64,000 nt of DNA, from NCBI RefSeq assembly GCF_006345805.1, contig NC_042997.1, positions 131,378,001 through 131,442,000 of the forward strand, given 5' to 3'. Positions within the stretch are counted from its first letter, which is position 1. Every line of letters begins with the position of its first letter. The translations under genes and the position numbers were made by a program. Positions 36,186 to 48,032 of this stretch are shown here, piece after piece. Source of the DNA: Octopus sinensis. Lineage: Eukaryota. The notes beneath the pieces are model-generated. The model was given only the letters and a program-made list of their open reading frames with translations, did not search any database and was not told where the DNA came from.

Positions 36186-36394
36186 CCTTTTCATTACCAA
36201 CTGGCTCTGGCTCTGAGTACAAATGTCTTGTTTTTGTAAGTTTTCAATTGAAATCTTCCACCAAACCTTAGTCACAATTTATGTTCCTAACACTAGCTGA
36301 AAAATAATGAAGTTATTTTACTAAATTCTTTGTTATATTTAAAGTAATTGAAAGAAATACAGAGCATCTCAAAATAAATACAGTAACGAAAGGA
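36186..36394 (+). mobile_element. TTAA-type MITE (same family as 1995-2215)
   Basis: ttaacctttt cattaccaac...cagtaacgaaagg. Confidence 0.8.
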
Positions 36395-36800
36395 TTGAGG
36401 TATAATTTGAGGGGTTTTGGCTGCTGTTTCTAGTAAGTCAAGTCATGCTCTTGTAAATTGTGCTCCAAATATGTAGCATAAGGTTATAAATTAGTGGTAT
36501 AGCTTGAGTGTGTGCTGCTCAGGGAAGCCCTTGAGTTTGTGCTCCCATCTGGACCCCTATAAAGAATATAACATATTGCTCAGTAATTTCCACTTAAAGT
36601 TATATATAAACCAAAAGTGAACTGTTCCCTAACTATGCTACTGCAGTAAATAATGGATGGTCTGTCATACATTGGTTTACTTGTCCAAATTAAACTCTTG
36701 CTTTGAGCAGAGAGCACCTTATCTAAAGGCAGATTTATTCCTCATCAATTTAATGCAACAAAGTTGGGTTCACTACATCACAAAGCTCCTGTGGCAGAGT

Positions 36801-37207
36801 TTACTCTTTCACCTATTTTAGTCATTTGACTGCGGCCATGCTGGAGCACCGCTTTTAGTCGAGTAAATCAACTCCAGGACTTATTCTTTGTATGCCTAGT
36901 ACTTATTCTATCAGTCTCTTTTGCCGAACCGCTAAGTTATGGGGACGTAAACATACCAGCATCAGTTGTCAAGTGATGTTGAGGGGGACAAACACAGACA
37001 CACAAACATACACACACACATACATATATACATATACATACATATGTCAGGCTTCTTTCAGTTTCCGTCTACCAAGTCCACTCACAAGGCTTTCATTGGC
37101 CCAAGGCTATAGTAGAAGACACTTACCCAAGGTGCCACGCAGTGGGACTGAACTCGGAACCATGTGGTTGGTAAGCAAGCTACTTACCACACAGCTACTC
37201 CTGTGCC
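36801..37207 (-). mobile_element. SINE family B
   Basis: Full reverse-complement match. Confidence 0.85.
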
Positions 37208-37269
37208 TGTGTGGAAAAAAACCCCCCGAAAAACAAAGGATAAGAATATAAATACATTGCTGTTGTTCT

Positions 37270-37890
37270 GCTTTAAGTCAGCTATGAAAGACCTATGACT
37301 GAAGATGTTCCAGCTTTGATAACCCCACTCTCAACCATTTTTATTCTTTGTTTTTAGTAAAGTGTATTTAGGATAACATTACTGAATATGCTCTTTCCTT
37401 TTGTTAAGTCAGTAGGAATTGATTTTAGGGGAATTTGGCAACTATTTATGTAGGCTGAGCAACCTGTTGGCTACATTTAGTTTTAGGCCTACTCTGATCA
37501 ATTAAATCTATGATCAAAGTCATTCTGACTATGACCAACCTGTCTTTAAAGGAGTGCATTAGGGTACATCATTGAATATGTTTTCCTTACTTCAGATGAT
37601 AATGTGAAATTTGAGGATGAATTTAATTGCAATTTCTAGCAAGTCATGCAAAAACATAGAAGCTCCTGTTTGTTCTTCACATGTGTAAAGGCTTATTTAA
37701 CCCCAGGTCAGCCCTGATCAACTATACCTGTGATCAAAGGCTTCAAGTTATGACTATTCCATTTTTTATTTATTAATTCTATATCCTGAACTATATAATC
37801 CAATGTGCAATTTTTTAAGACAGTAGGACATGTTTCGAGAAAGATTTGGTTGGTATTTCTAGCAATTGAATGACCACATAGACTCTTTTG
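37270..37890 (+). repeat. Three decayed tandem units (~210 bp) of an unclassified dispersed repeat
   Basis: Recurrent order cagccctgatca..cctatgatcaaagg..ccagctgtgacc ... gatttgagggagatttggctgctatttctagca; related copies at ~200-265, 31035-31110, 42430-42620, 51470-51840. Confidence 0.55.
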
Positions 37891-38563
37891 AATGATAATG
37901 AGACTACAATGGAATTATCCTCTCTCAAAACTATATACAGCAGCAGTTGCAGCTGCAAGAGCAGCAGCAACCACAGGAGCTGCAGCAGCAACTACAGCAG
38001 CAGTAAGGTTTGTAGATTTAACAGGCATACCACTGTGAGAGGCACTATAATGTGGCTTTGTTTAAATATTATGAATATTGATTTCTAACAAAGGCACAAG
38101 ACCATACTTTATTTGTAAGGGAGGGCTGTAGTCAATTAAACCGACAATTATTTTAGGATCAAAGGCAAAGTGGATCCCCATAGGATTTGAACTATGTTGA
38201 GTGACAGTTTTATTCAGCGAACCTGATAATGAAAACAGTGTCTGTGAAAAGAGCTAAATAGCTGCTTCATAAATCATGGAAATATTCTCAACAGTGATAT
38301 TGGGTTCGTTGGCAGTGGCTTTATTGTGTAGTTCTATTTAGAAGCACTTGGTTTATTCAGTAATATAAATGGCTCTGATTCAGTGTATGTATAAATCAGG
38401 ATATTACCAAAATGCATTAAACCAAAGCCCAGTGTAAAAACTAAAACACCTTCATATTATAAAACCCCTTCAAACTGTTTGATGATAATCTGTCTCAAAG
38501 CACCTCTGGTTTTCTTCCAAAACTTCTCATTTTAAAGGGTCAATAATTAAATTAGATCCTTCT

Positions 38564-38994
38564 CTTTACTCTCTTACTTGTTTCTGCCATTTGGCTGCGG
38601 CCATGCTGGAGCACCACCTTTAGTTGAGCAAATCGATCGCAGGATTTATTCTTTGTAAGCCTAGTACTTATTCTATCTGTCGCTTTGGTCGAACCGCTAA
38701 GTTACGGGGGACGTAAACACACCAGCATCAGCTGTCAAGCAATGTTGGGGGGACAAACACAGACACACAAATTCACACACACACACACCACACACACACA
38801 TGCGCACACACACACACACACATATATATATAATGGGCTTCTTTCAGTTTCTGTCAACAAAATCCACTCACAAAGCTTTGGTCGGCCCAAGACTATAGTA
38901 GAAGACACTTGCCCAAGGTGCCATGCAGTGGGACAGAACTCAGAACCATGTGGATGGTAAGCAAGCTACTTATCACACAGCTACTCCTGCACCT
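38564..38994 (-). mobile_element. SINE family B
   Basis: Full reverse-complement match; internal (CA)n. Confidence 0.85.
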
Positions 38995-39130
38995 ATCTAA
39001 ATTTTATATAAAAACTTCTCAATTCTTTTTAATATAGAACCAAGGAAATTTGGGAGGGATAAGTAATGAATTACATCCCTAGTATTCAACTGCAACAGAA
39101 TTTGAATTCAGAATGTAAAAGTGGACAAAA

Positions 39131-39292
39131 TAGGCATAGGAGTGGCTGTGTGATAAGTAGCTCGCTTACGAACCACATGGTTCTGGGTTCAGTCCCACTG
39201 CATGGCACCTTGGGCAAGTGTCTTCTACTATAGCCTTAGGCCAATCAAAGCCTTGTGAGGGGATTTAGTAGATGGAAACTGAAAGATGCCTG

Positions 39293-39336
<44 letters not shown>

Positions 39337-39478
39337 TATATATGGATAGGCGTAGGAGTGGCTGTGTGGTAAGTAGCATGGTTCTGGGTTCAGTCCCACT
39401 GCGTGTCTTCTACTATAGCCTTGGGCCGACCAAAGCCTTGTGAGTGGATTTTGTAGACGGAAACTGAAAGAAGCCCGT

Positions 39479-39535
<57 letters not shown>

Positions 39536-39745
39536 ATGTTTGGGTGTCTGTGTTTGTCCCCCCAACATCGCTTGACAACTGATGCTGGTGTGTTTATGTC
39601 CCCCGTAACTTAGTGGTTTGGCAAAAGAGAACTGATAGAATAAGTACTAGGCTTACAAAGAATAAGTCCTGGGGTCGATATGCTCGACTAAAGGCAGTGC
39701 TCCAGCATGGCCACAGTTAAATGACTGAAACAATAAAAAAAAAAG
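39131..39745 (+). mobile_element. SINE family B head (39131-39300) followed by a full copy (39347-39745) with two microdeletions
   Basis: Two ggagtggctgtgtg heads separated by (TA)n. Confidence 0.8.
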
Positions 39746-39836
39746 AGTCAAAAAGAAAATTACTAAAGCATTTTGTCTGCAAAATGCTGCTAAAGCATTT
39801 TGTCTGGTGCAGTATTGATCCTGTCAGCTTATTACT

Positions 39837-40377
39837 TTAACCCTTTTGCATTCAGATTATTCTATCAAACGTAATGTTGATTCATTTACATTGTTTTAAA
39901 GTAATCATGCATCATCTTGTAGCTTTGAGATTTTGATGAAGTAACTGTTAAATTTTAGAATGATATTGTAAGGCTGGTGTAAGAGGCTAGATATGGCCAA
40001 TTTTGAACATAAAACAGAATACTTTGGCTTTAACCCTTTAGTGTTCAGATTATTCTATCAAACATAATGCTTATTGATTCCCATTGATTTGAATTAATCA
40101 TGCATTATCTCATATCTTCAAGAGCTTGATGCTAAAGGGTTAAACCTTCTTAACCCTTTCACTACCAACCCGGCTGAAACCAGCTCTGGCTCTGTGTATA
40201 AATGTCTTGTTTTCAAAAGTTCTGAATTAAAATCTTCCACCAAACCTTAGTCACAATTTATGTTCCTAACACTAGCTTAAGGATAACTAAGTTATTTTAC
40301 TAAATTCTTTGTTATATTTAAAGTAATTGAAAGAAACACAGAGGATCTCAAAATAAATACAGTAAAGAAAGGGTTAA
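39837..40377 (+). mobile_element. Cluster of three TTAA-type MITEs from two families (39841-~40029, 40034-40139, 40154-40373)
   Basis: Each starts TTAA|ccctt; the last two end aaaggg|TTAA. Confidence 0.8.
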
Positions 40378-40383
40378 TAATTA

Positions 40384-40596
40384 TTTCAAATTTTTGGCAC
40401 AAGGCCAACAATTTCAGGGTCGGGGATAAGTTGATTGCATTGACCCCAGTATTCAACAGGTACTTATTTTATTGACCCCAAAAGAATGAAAGACAAAGTT
40501 GACCTCAGCAGAATTTGAACTCAGAACATAAAGATGGATAAAATATTACTAAGCATTTTGCCCCATGTGCTAACAATTCTGCCAGCTTGCCACCTT
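40384..40596 (-). mobile_element. SINE family A2 (alternative tail); further copies at 52951-53168(+) and 57616-57812(+)
   Basis: A-type head and core with tail ...caaatttcaggccttgtgcc. Confidence 0.7.
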
Positions 40597-41195
40597 AAAA
40601 TTTTCTTAATAGTAACAGTTGTTTCACATAATCCAGATGGAGTATTTTATTAGAAATTTTATGAAAGAGTTGAGCTCTGATCAGAAGAAAGCTTGTGACA
40701 AGTGTTAGGGTTGGCATTTTATATTAGGCAAGCTAAGTGATTGTCTGGAGTGATACCATCATGGGGTGCCACAAAATGTCTTCATCCAATTAACACACAA
40801 CCTTAGTAAAGAAGAGAGCAGGTGAGATCATTCACAAAACGTGGGTGATGGTTAGAGACTCATGGGGTGTGTCCAGTAACATATTCAGTGTTATGGTTTT
40901 GATACTTTTGTGATTGATACATAATAATTAGTAGTCAGCATGTAATTGCTTTGACTCAATCAACTTCACTCTTCCCATATTAATTTGTAGCTTTGTATCA
41001 ATCTGAGAAATTTATACAAGCCCCATATAACCTGTGTTAGTCTTACTAATTTTTTTCTGAGAAAGGTATGAAAAAAAAAAATCAGAATATAGAGGTTTCC
41101 CAAAACTAAAATGGTCAGCAGTTGAGTCTTTTACTCTGAATGTGCCATTCTTAGAAAGTGATGTATTTCTGTTGCAAGATTTTGTTGCCCTTTTC

Positions 41196-41488
41196 AAGCC
41201 TGGCCAGGCTCATGGGGCCCAGTTTCTTGGTTTCTGTGGCATATATGTTCCCCCCGGCTGGACGGACGCCAGTCCATTGCAGCCTTACTCAAGAAACAAG
41301 AAGAGAGAGTGAGAGAAAGTTGTGGTGAAAGAGTACAACAGGGGTCGCCACCACCCCCTGCCAGAGCCTCATGGAGCTTTTAGATGTTTTCGCTCAATAA
41401 ACACACACAACGCCCGGTCTGGGAATCGAAACTGTGATCCTCCAACTGTGAGTCTGCTGCCCTAACCACTGGGCCATTGCGCCTCCAC
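41196..41488 (-). mobile_element. tRNA-derived SINE with a V-domain-like block
   Basis: Minus strand A-box tggcccagtgg, B-box gtttcgattcc; later gctgcaatggactggcgtccgtccagc resembles the V-SINE domain as recalled. Confidence 0.7.
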
Positions 41489-41524
41489 GTTGCAAGTTTT
41501 ACTTCATAGAAAGTAACGTATTAG

Positions 41525-41676
41525 ATGTTATCAAATCAGGCAACCTTCCATTCTTAGCAAGACTTCATTACTACTGAAGGATGAACTCTTCTCTAGATTT
41601 TTTTCTACTGCTGTCTCTCTCTAACCAGTCATAGCTCATAGCCATATAGGCCCCACATAGCAGGGGAGATCATCTC
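41525..41676. repeat. ~150-bp segment paralogous (~92% by hand count) to 43120-43242 + 43979-44006
   Basis: atgttatcaa..aggcaaccttccattcttagcaa...gccatata|ggcccc..agcaggggagatcatctc. Confidence 0.9.
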
Positions 41677-41863
41677 GCCATCTTGTCTCTGGTCAACCTC
41701 TTGATTTTGTCCATTAACCTTGTGTCCATTCTATCACCCTTCTTTATAGGTGGGAAAAAAATAGCTAATTTATGTTGACAAAACAATAACAATTAAAGGA
41801 GGATTTTAATTAATGTCTCATCTACCAAACTGAATTCTAATGTTCTTTAATCATTTGTTATTA

Positions 41864-42376
41864 CCGTAAATCCTCGAGTATAGTCCGCCCTTGAGTATAA
41901 TACACAGGGGATTTTTAGGGGGCTGTACCTCTGAAAAACCTAAACCTTGTGTATAATACGCACCCCTTCTCTAACTTGAGTCAAGGAGGTCTATATAACG
42001 TCCTTGGTTTGTAAAAATGTATATGGTAACGTCCTTTATTATTATTGTATGTATAACATAATGCAAACGTGTAGCTTATTTGTGCATTTTGTTTGCAGAA
42101 AATACAGAAATAACAGTAATAACATTTAATAAATGTTGCTTAGTGCAAGTTATGGATGATTCTTTTATGGCTTCATTGCTTTCAGGCTTAGCTTAAGGTA
42201 TTTTCGTGCCTGACATCACAAAATGCGTCTGAATAAACATTGCCAGACAGCAAATAGAGACTTGGACATTGCTTAGAAAATATTTTTCATTTTTAACCTC
42301 GTATATAGTATGCACTAGGGATTTTGACCTTTAAATTTTTGGGGAAAAAATGTGGATTATACTCAAGGATTTACGG
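41864..42376. mobile_element. ~510-bp pogo/Tigger-type MITE (second copy 48732-49244)
   Basis: TA|ccgtaaatcctcgagtata ... tatactcaaggatttacgg; interiors colinear between the two copies. Confidence 0.85.
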
Positions 42377-42796
42377 GATAATTTCACTAGTTTATGCTAA
42401 TGAGTTGTAGCCCTGCTAGGATGCAACCATCTTATTGTTCAGCCTGATAGACATATCAAAGGCATTCCAACTGTGACCATTCCATTTATTTTTAACTTGG
42501 AGTTAATACATACGAAACTGCAATATCCAAAGTGATCTTTATAAAGACAAGATGATTTGAGGGAAATTTTGCAGCTGCTTTTAACAAGTCCAGCAACCAT
42601 GTAGAGGGTCCCTTCATTTGCTTACTCTTTAGTTAATTAAGTCTGTCTGCTATGTTATGTGACTAGAGTATCTGGCTTCTTTGCCATATTAATGTTGTTC
42701 TTTAAATTCAATATATTTGATTCAAGAATAGTAATAAGAAGCATAGCAACAGAGGCCATATTTAGCTGAATCTTCATTCTAGGACATTGATATATA

Positions 42797-42845
<49 letters not shown>

Positions 42846-43242
42846 CTTTTACTTCTTCCTTCTTTGGACAGCAGCCATGTTGGGGCATCACTTTGAAAGA
42901 TTTTTGTTGAATACATTGACCCCAGTACCTATATTTGCTTTAAAGTCTGGTATTTATTCCACTAGTCTCTTTTGTTGAATTACTAAGTTACAGGGGTGTA
43001 AACAAACCAATACTAGTTATTGTGTGTGTGTGGGGGGGGGGGAACAACCAAAAGATACACGCACATATATATGTATATATACAACAGGTTTCCACGTACT
43101 TTCTATCTACCAGTGACAAATGTTATCAAGTGAGGCAACCTTCCATTCTTAGCAAAACTTCATTACTACTGAAGGAGGAACTCTTCCCTAGACATTTTCT
43201 ACTGCTGTCTCTCTCTGACCAGTCATAGCACATGGCCATATA

Positions 43243-43976
43243 CAGTCAACTCTCGCTACTATGCCACCCTGCGAGACTGAGCCAAAGTGGCATAGTACCG
43301 AGGGTCTGTTATCTAAACACTACATAACCAAAAATTTACTGAACATACGAATAAAAATTCATAGGGTAGGAAGTAAGGCCAATAAGAAGTTCAATGCAAT
43401 GGTAAAAAGAAGACATCCAAGTTTATTAAGTTCAGATTGCTTTTAATTAATCCCGAAGCTCTCAAAAATTGTCGGCTGACGCATCTTCTTTCGGCGGATT
43501 TCATTTATTTCGTTGTCTAGCCTATCACACGCCTGCATGACGCTGGGTTTTCCGCTGCTCTGCTGCTGCATAAACTTTCGGATAGTGCTCCATGCTCTCT
43601 GGGCATCTGCAAACGAAACGTATTCCTCTTCCACAATTACCTTGTCGTCTTCACTTTCCACTGGCTCTTCGTTATGCATTACCTCCTTTGCTATTTCTTC
43701 TAGAGTGAAAGATCCTCCAGTTACGAGGCGATCGTCAGCACTGAGAAAATCAAACAGCTCAATTGTTTTGTTCTCATGTGTCTTTTCCTTGTGAGGTAAA
43801 GCTTTCTGAGCTGACATTGTGTGCTACTTTCTGAACTTTTCCGCAAGATTACAAATACGAAATGTACAAAATGTAGGAGTACAAAATTTCGAAAAGTTGC
43901 GTGCGCTTCAGTTTACAAGTGGCATAGTAGCAAGAGTGGCATAGTAGCGAGGTGGCATAGTAGCGAGAGTTGACTG
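43243..43976 (-). mobile_element. Internally deleted pogo/Tigger element with perfect 26-bp TIRs and TA TSD
   Basis: cagtcaactctcgctactatgccacc at 43243-43268 and its reverse complement at 43951-43976; ORF 43443-43817 resembles the Tigger transposase C-terminus (acidic linker, SFADAQRAWSTIRKF, KKMRQPTIFESF). Confidence 0.9.
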
Positions 43977-44599
43977 TAGGCCCCAGGTAGCAGGGGAGAT
44001 CATCTCACCTTAATGAAATGTGTATTATCCTGTTTTATTATCATTCTACTATAGAAGACACTTGCCTGAGGTACCACACAGTGGGACTGAACCCAAAGAT
44101 ATCCGGTTACAAAGCAGGTTTCTTAACCACAGAACCACACACACACACACACACACATGCATGTATTGAATTAATGAAAGAGTGTCAGTAAGTATGAGTG
44201 ATTTGCTTGAAATAGCAACCTAATCACTTTACCATCACAAAAAGAACTTGTAGTGTGTGTATATTTCACAAGAAGTGGGACATTATTTTACACACTTAAA
44301 CCAAAATATTGCTTACATCAATCATGTACTTCCAGCTGATTCAATTAGTTCTTACTTTCAGGTTTAATCTTTCTATTACCCCATTAACCAATTTGTTCAT
44401 TCATTTTTTTTTTCAGACACATATTTGAGACAGAGTTAGTTTCTATTTCTAGCAGGTTAAGTAACTACATAGAGGTGTCCTCATTCATTTGAAGTAATTG
44501 CTGTGTAGCTCTCAGCCAGCTCTGATCTAAAAGGTGTTTTCAAATATATTGTATCTATTGAGTAAATTATCCAGTATGTCCTTTTTAAAAACACAAGGA

Positions 44600-44686
44600 T
44601 GTCCTTGTTTGTCCCCTCTGTGTGTAACCCCTTGAGGGCAATAAAGAAATAAGAAACATTAGCACACCAGGCGAAATGCTTAGCGG
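44600..44686 (+). mobile_element. Tail-to-head (circularly permuted) fragment of SINE family A
   Basis: ccttgtttgtcc...aataaagaaataa|gaaacattagcacaccaggcgaaatgcttagcgg inserted in an older repeat. Confidence 0.75.
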
Positions 44687-44717
44687 TGCAATTTGAGATA
44701 GATCTGGCTGCAATTTC

Positions 44718-45171
44718 TTATTTCTTTACTGCCCACAAGGGACTAAACACAGAGAGGACAAACAAGGACAGACAAAGGGATTAAGTCGATTACATCGACC
44801 CCAGTGCATAACTGGCACTTAATTTATCAACACCGTAAGGATGAAAGGCAAAGTCGACCTCGGCGGAATTTGAACTCAGAACGTAATGGCAGACGAAATA
44901 CTGCTAAGCATTTCACCCGGTGTGCTAACGGTTCTTATTTCTTTATTGCCCACAAGGGGCTAAACACAGAGGGGACAAACAAGGGCAGACAAACGGATTA
45001 AGTTGATTACATCGACCCCAGTGTGTAACTGGTATTTATTTATTTAATCGATCACGAAAGGATGAAAGGCAAAGTGGATCTTGGTGGAATTTGAACTTAG
45101 AACATAACGGCAGACGAGATACGCTAAGCATTTCGCTCGGCGTGCTAACGTTTCTGCCAGCTTGCCGCCTT
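44718..45171 (-). mobile_element. SINE family A dimer (junction aaagaaataa|gaaccgttagc at 44934/44935)
   Basis: Two units; the second lacks the first ~17 nt of the head. Confidence 0.85.
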
Positions 45172-46380
45172 ACATGAATGTACACGTGTGTATATATACA
45201 CATATAAATCTGCACTTATGTGTGCATGTATGTATACACACACGTGTTTCTATGTACATACATATATGTATCTATTAAATAGGATACTTTTTTGTTGTTT
45301 TATTTGTCAATTAAAATTCTCTTATTCTCTTGAATCTTAGAATAGTTGACAGCGTACCAATTATGATATGCTGTGAGAAGATACATCCCTCTCTTAAGCA
45401 AGTCTGTCAAAACAAAACAGACTAAAAAAACAAAGGATGTAAAGTATGTAAGATATACCACACCATCACACCCTTGACCTTTGACACCACCATTAACACC
45501 AACAACCACTTGTAGAACCCACCACTCCACTACACACACTCCCTACCATTCCTCTACTCCACTCCCCAAACACCCCACTATTAATATCCTATCACTGACC
45601 ACTAACAGCCCTCCCACTACACTGTCACTGTACTCTCACCACCACTCCACCATTAACACTAGCCAAATATTATTTTCCTTAACCAACAAAACCGCTGAGA
45701 GTTTCTAAGTGCCAAATGATTGTTAGGTAATCATTGTCTCACTTATGTTGTTAGAGCTAATTGGCATTAGAAATAGTGGTTTTTTTCGTTAAGGTCTCTC
45801 AAGTCAAGCTGTTTCCTGCTAATACAATAGCTAGAATGGTGACCTGTTTACGATGGTCCCTTTTATTTTGCTTTAATTTTCATAGAACTTCTTCACTGTC
45901 GTTTCAAACACAGGTGCTATAAGATCAGGTCAATAAAATACCAGTCAGATACTGAACGAGGGTGGAGGGTGGGTCAATGCTATTGACCAACCTCCCACTC
46001 TTCAAAACTGTTGACCTTGTGCCTATGTTAGAGACAGTCATATTTAAGGCAGTGGACTGGCAAACTTGTTATAGCTTTGAACAAATTGCCAGCTTTTTAC
46101 ATTTTGAGTTCAAATCCCACCAAGGTGAACTTTGCTTTTCCTCCTTTAGGGTTTGATGAAATAAAATACCAGTTAGTCTACTGGGGTTGATGGTATTTAT
46201 GAGGTCCATTCCAAAAGTTTTGAGACTTTTCTTAGGAGATCCAGTTATTACTGTCTTAGATTATTGTAATTTTAGTATATTACTATACATCTAATAAGCT
46301 GACCCACCAACTTTTGTTATTCCAGACTGAAGATGAACACACCCTATCAAACACTTTTTGTCACTGCTGACCTGTTTCTA

Positions 46381-46933
46381 TTGGGTTGTCCGGAAAGTTC
46401 GTGCCAATTTATAGTAGCTTACCTTTTGATTTATTTTAGAACATGGTTCAGTCCATAAAATAGGATTTGACTACACCTCCATTTAGAACACAGTTTAAGC
46501 TATCTTTTCGTGGAAGAAGGTTTATGTTCCTATAACCTGTGTTAATTCTGTAACCCTTTAAAATGGAAGATAAGGAAGTTCATTTTCAGCACTTGATGCT
46601 TTGGGAACCAGACAAAAATTGTGGCAGCTCGGCTGTGATGTGTTACTCCACCCTCCTTATTCACCAGATATTGCTCCTTCGGATTTCCACTTATTCAGGT
46701 CTCTGTAGAATAGTCTTAATGGTAAAAATTTCAATTCCTTGGATGACGTAAAAAGATACCTTGATGAATTCTTTGCAATAAAACCACCTCAGTTCTGGGA
46801 AGAGGGTATTTTCAAGTTAAAGGAAAGATGGAGACGCATTGTGCAACAAAATGGTTCATTTTTGGTTGATTAAAAATGTAATGGCAAGTATTTATTGAGC
46901 TTTTTCTTTCCTTTAAAAATTGGCACAACCCAA
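46381..46933 (+). mobile_element. Younger mariner deletion derivative inserted at a TA
   Basis: TA|ttgggttgtccggaaagttcgtgccaattt; MEDKEVHFQHLMLW joined at ~46606 to TRQKLWQLGCDVLLHPPYSPDIAPSDFHLFRSL...KERWRRIVQQNGSFLVD*; right TIR aaattggcac[13-nt deletion]aacccaa|TA. Confidence 0.88.
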
Positions 46934-46972
46934 TAGAATGCATTCAGAACGTTTCGAAGCTTGTAATGCCAT

Positions 46973-47342
46973 AATTATTACCTCTGCATTAGTGAAGACT
47001 GAAGTATTGTTTTCCGTCATGTTTGTGTGTTTGTCCGTGGATAAGACATCTCAAGAACTGCTGGATGGATTCAGATGAAACTTTCAGTAATGTTTAGCCT
47101 CATGACTGTCACAAACTGATTAGATTTTGGGATCAATCCAATACTGGACAAAGATTCTGGATTACTTTTCCTGTTTTTTATTAAATTTTTGAGAGCTGTT
47201 GGGTTCATTTTTAGTATTCTCATTTGTGAGAACAATTGAGTTTATTTCAGATATTTCATTTTAAAAATCATCTCTGGCTAATCGTTGAGAGGATGTTGGT
47301 GTTGCCTTGGTGGAGGTTTGCACTCTCTGAGTGCTCTTGTAT
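46973..47342 (+). mobile_element. Helentron-associated (HINE-like) non-autonomous element; second copy 53163-53476
   Basis: ttattacctctgc... start, gtttgtgtgtttgtcc, atctcaagaac..ggatggatt..atgaaacttt, end ccttggtggaggtttgcactctctgagtgctc. Confidence 0.65.
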
Positions 47343-47605
47343 TGTGTGTTAAACTGGCCAAAACACTACAGAAACTTATGAAATATTCCAGACTGCTTAA
47401 TGATAAACATTCTTGCTGGCACAAGAGGTTCAAGGATGGTAGAGAGGAGGTGAGAGATAATAAGAAGTGTGGGAGGGAGAGGGATGTCAGAACTTCAAAG
47501 CTGGTTGGGGAAATTCACAATTTTCTGGATGGAGACTGTTGTGTGTCTGTGAAGACAAGAATCAGACAGTTTGGAGTTGCTGTGGATACAGAATTATTCA
47601 TAACG

Positions 47606-48032
47606 CACATAAGGTGCAGGAGTGGCTGTGTGGTAAGTAGCTTGTTTACCAACCACATGGTTCCAGGTTCATTCCCACTGTGTGGCACCTTGGGCAAGTG
47701 TCTTCTACTATAGCCTCGGGTCGACCAAAGCCTTGTTAGTAGATTTAGTAGACGGAAGCTGAAGAAAGCCCATCGTATATATGTTATATATGTATGTATA
47801 TATATATATATATGTGTGTGTATATGTTTTTGTGTCTGTGTTCGTCCCCCCCCAACATCGCTTGACAACCAATGGTGGTGTGTTTATGTCCCTGTAACTT
47901 AGCGGTTTGGCAAAAGAGATTGCTAGAATAAGTACTAGGCTTACAAAGAATAAGTCCTGGGATCGATTTACTTGACTAAAAGGCGGTGCTCCAGCATGGC
48001 CGCAGTCAAAATTACTGAAATGAGTAAAAGAG
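47606..48032 (+). mobile_element. SINE family B inserted in the old mariner ORF, TSD TAACG
   Basis: taacg at 47601-47605 and 48033-48037; removal restores R-I-I-H-N-D-L-N-M. Confidence 0.85.

Noticed and set aside
37938-38006. PolyQ-like frame QQQLQLQEQQQPQELQQQLQQQ*
   Set aside because: Decayed CAG microsatellite with upstream in-frame stops and no supported exon structure
41410-41488. tRNA gene-like sequence (also SINE A and B heads)
   Set aside because: A and B boxes present but no complete cloverleaf; continues into SINE body
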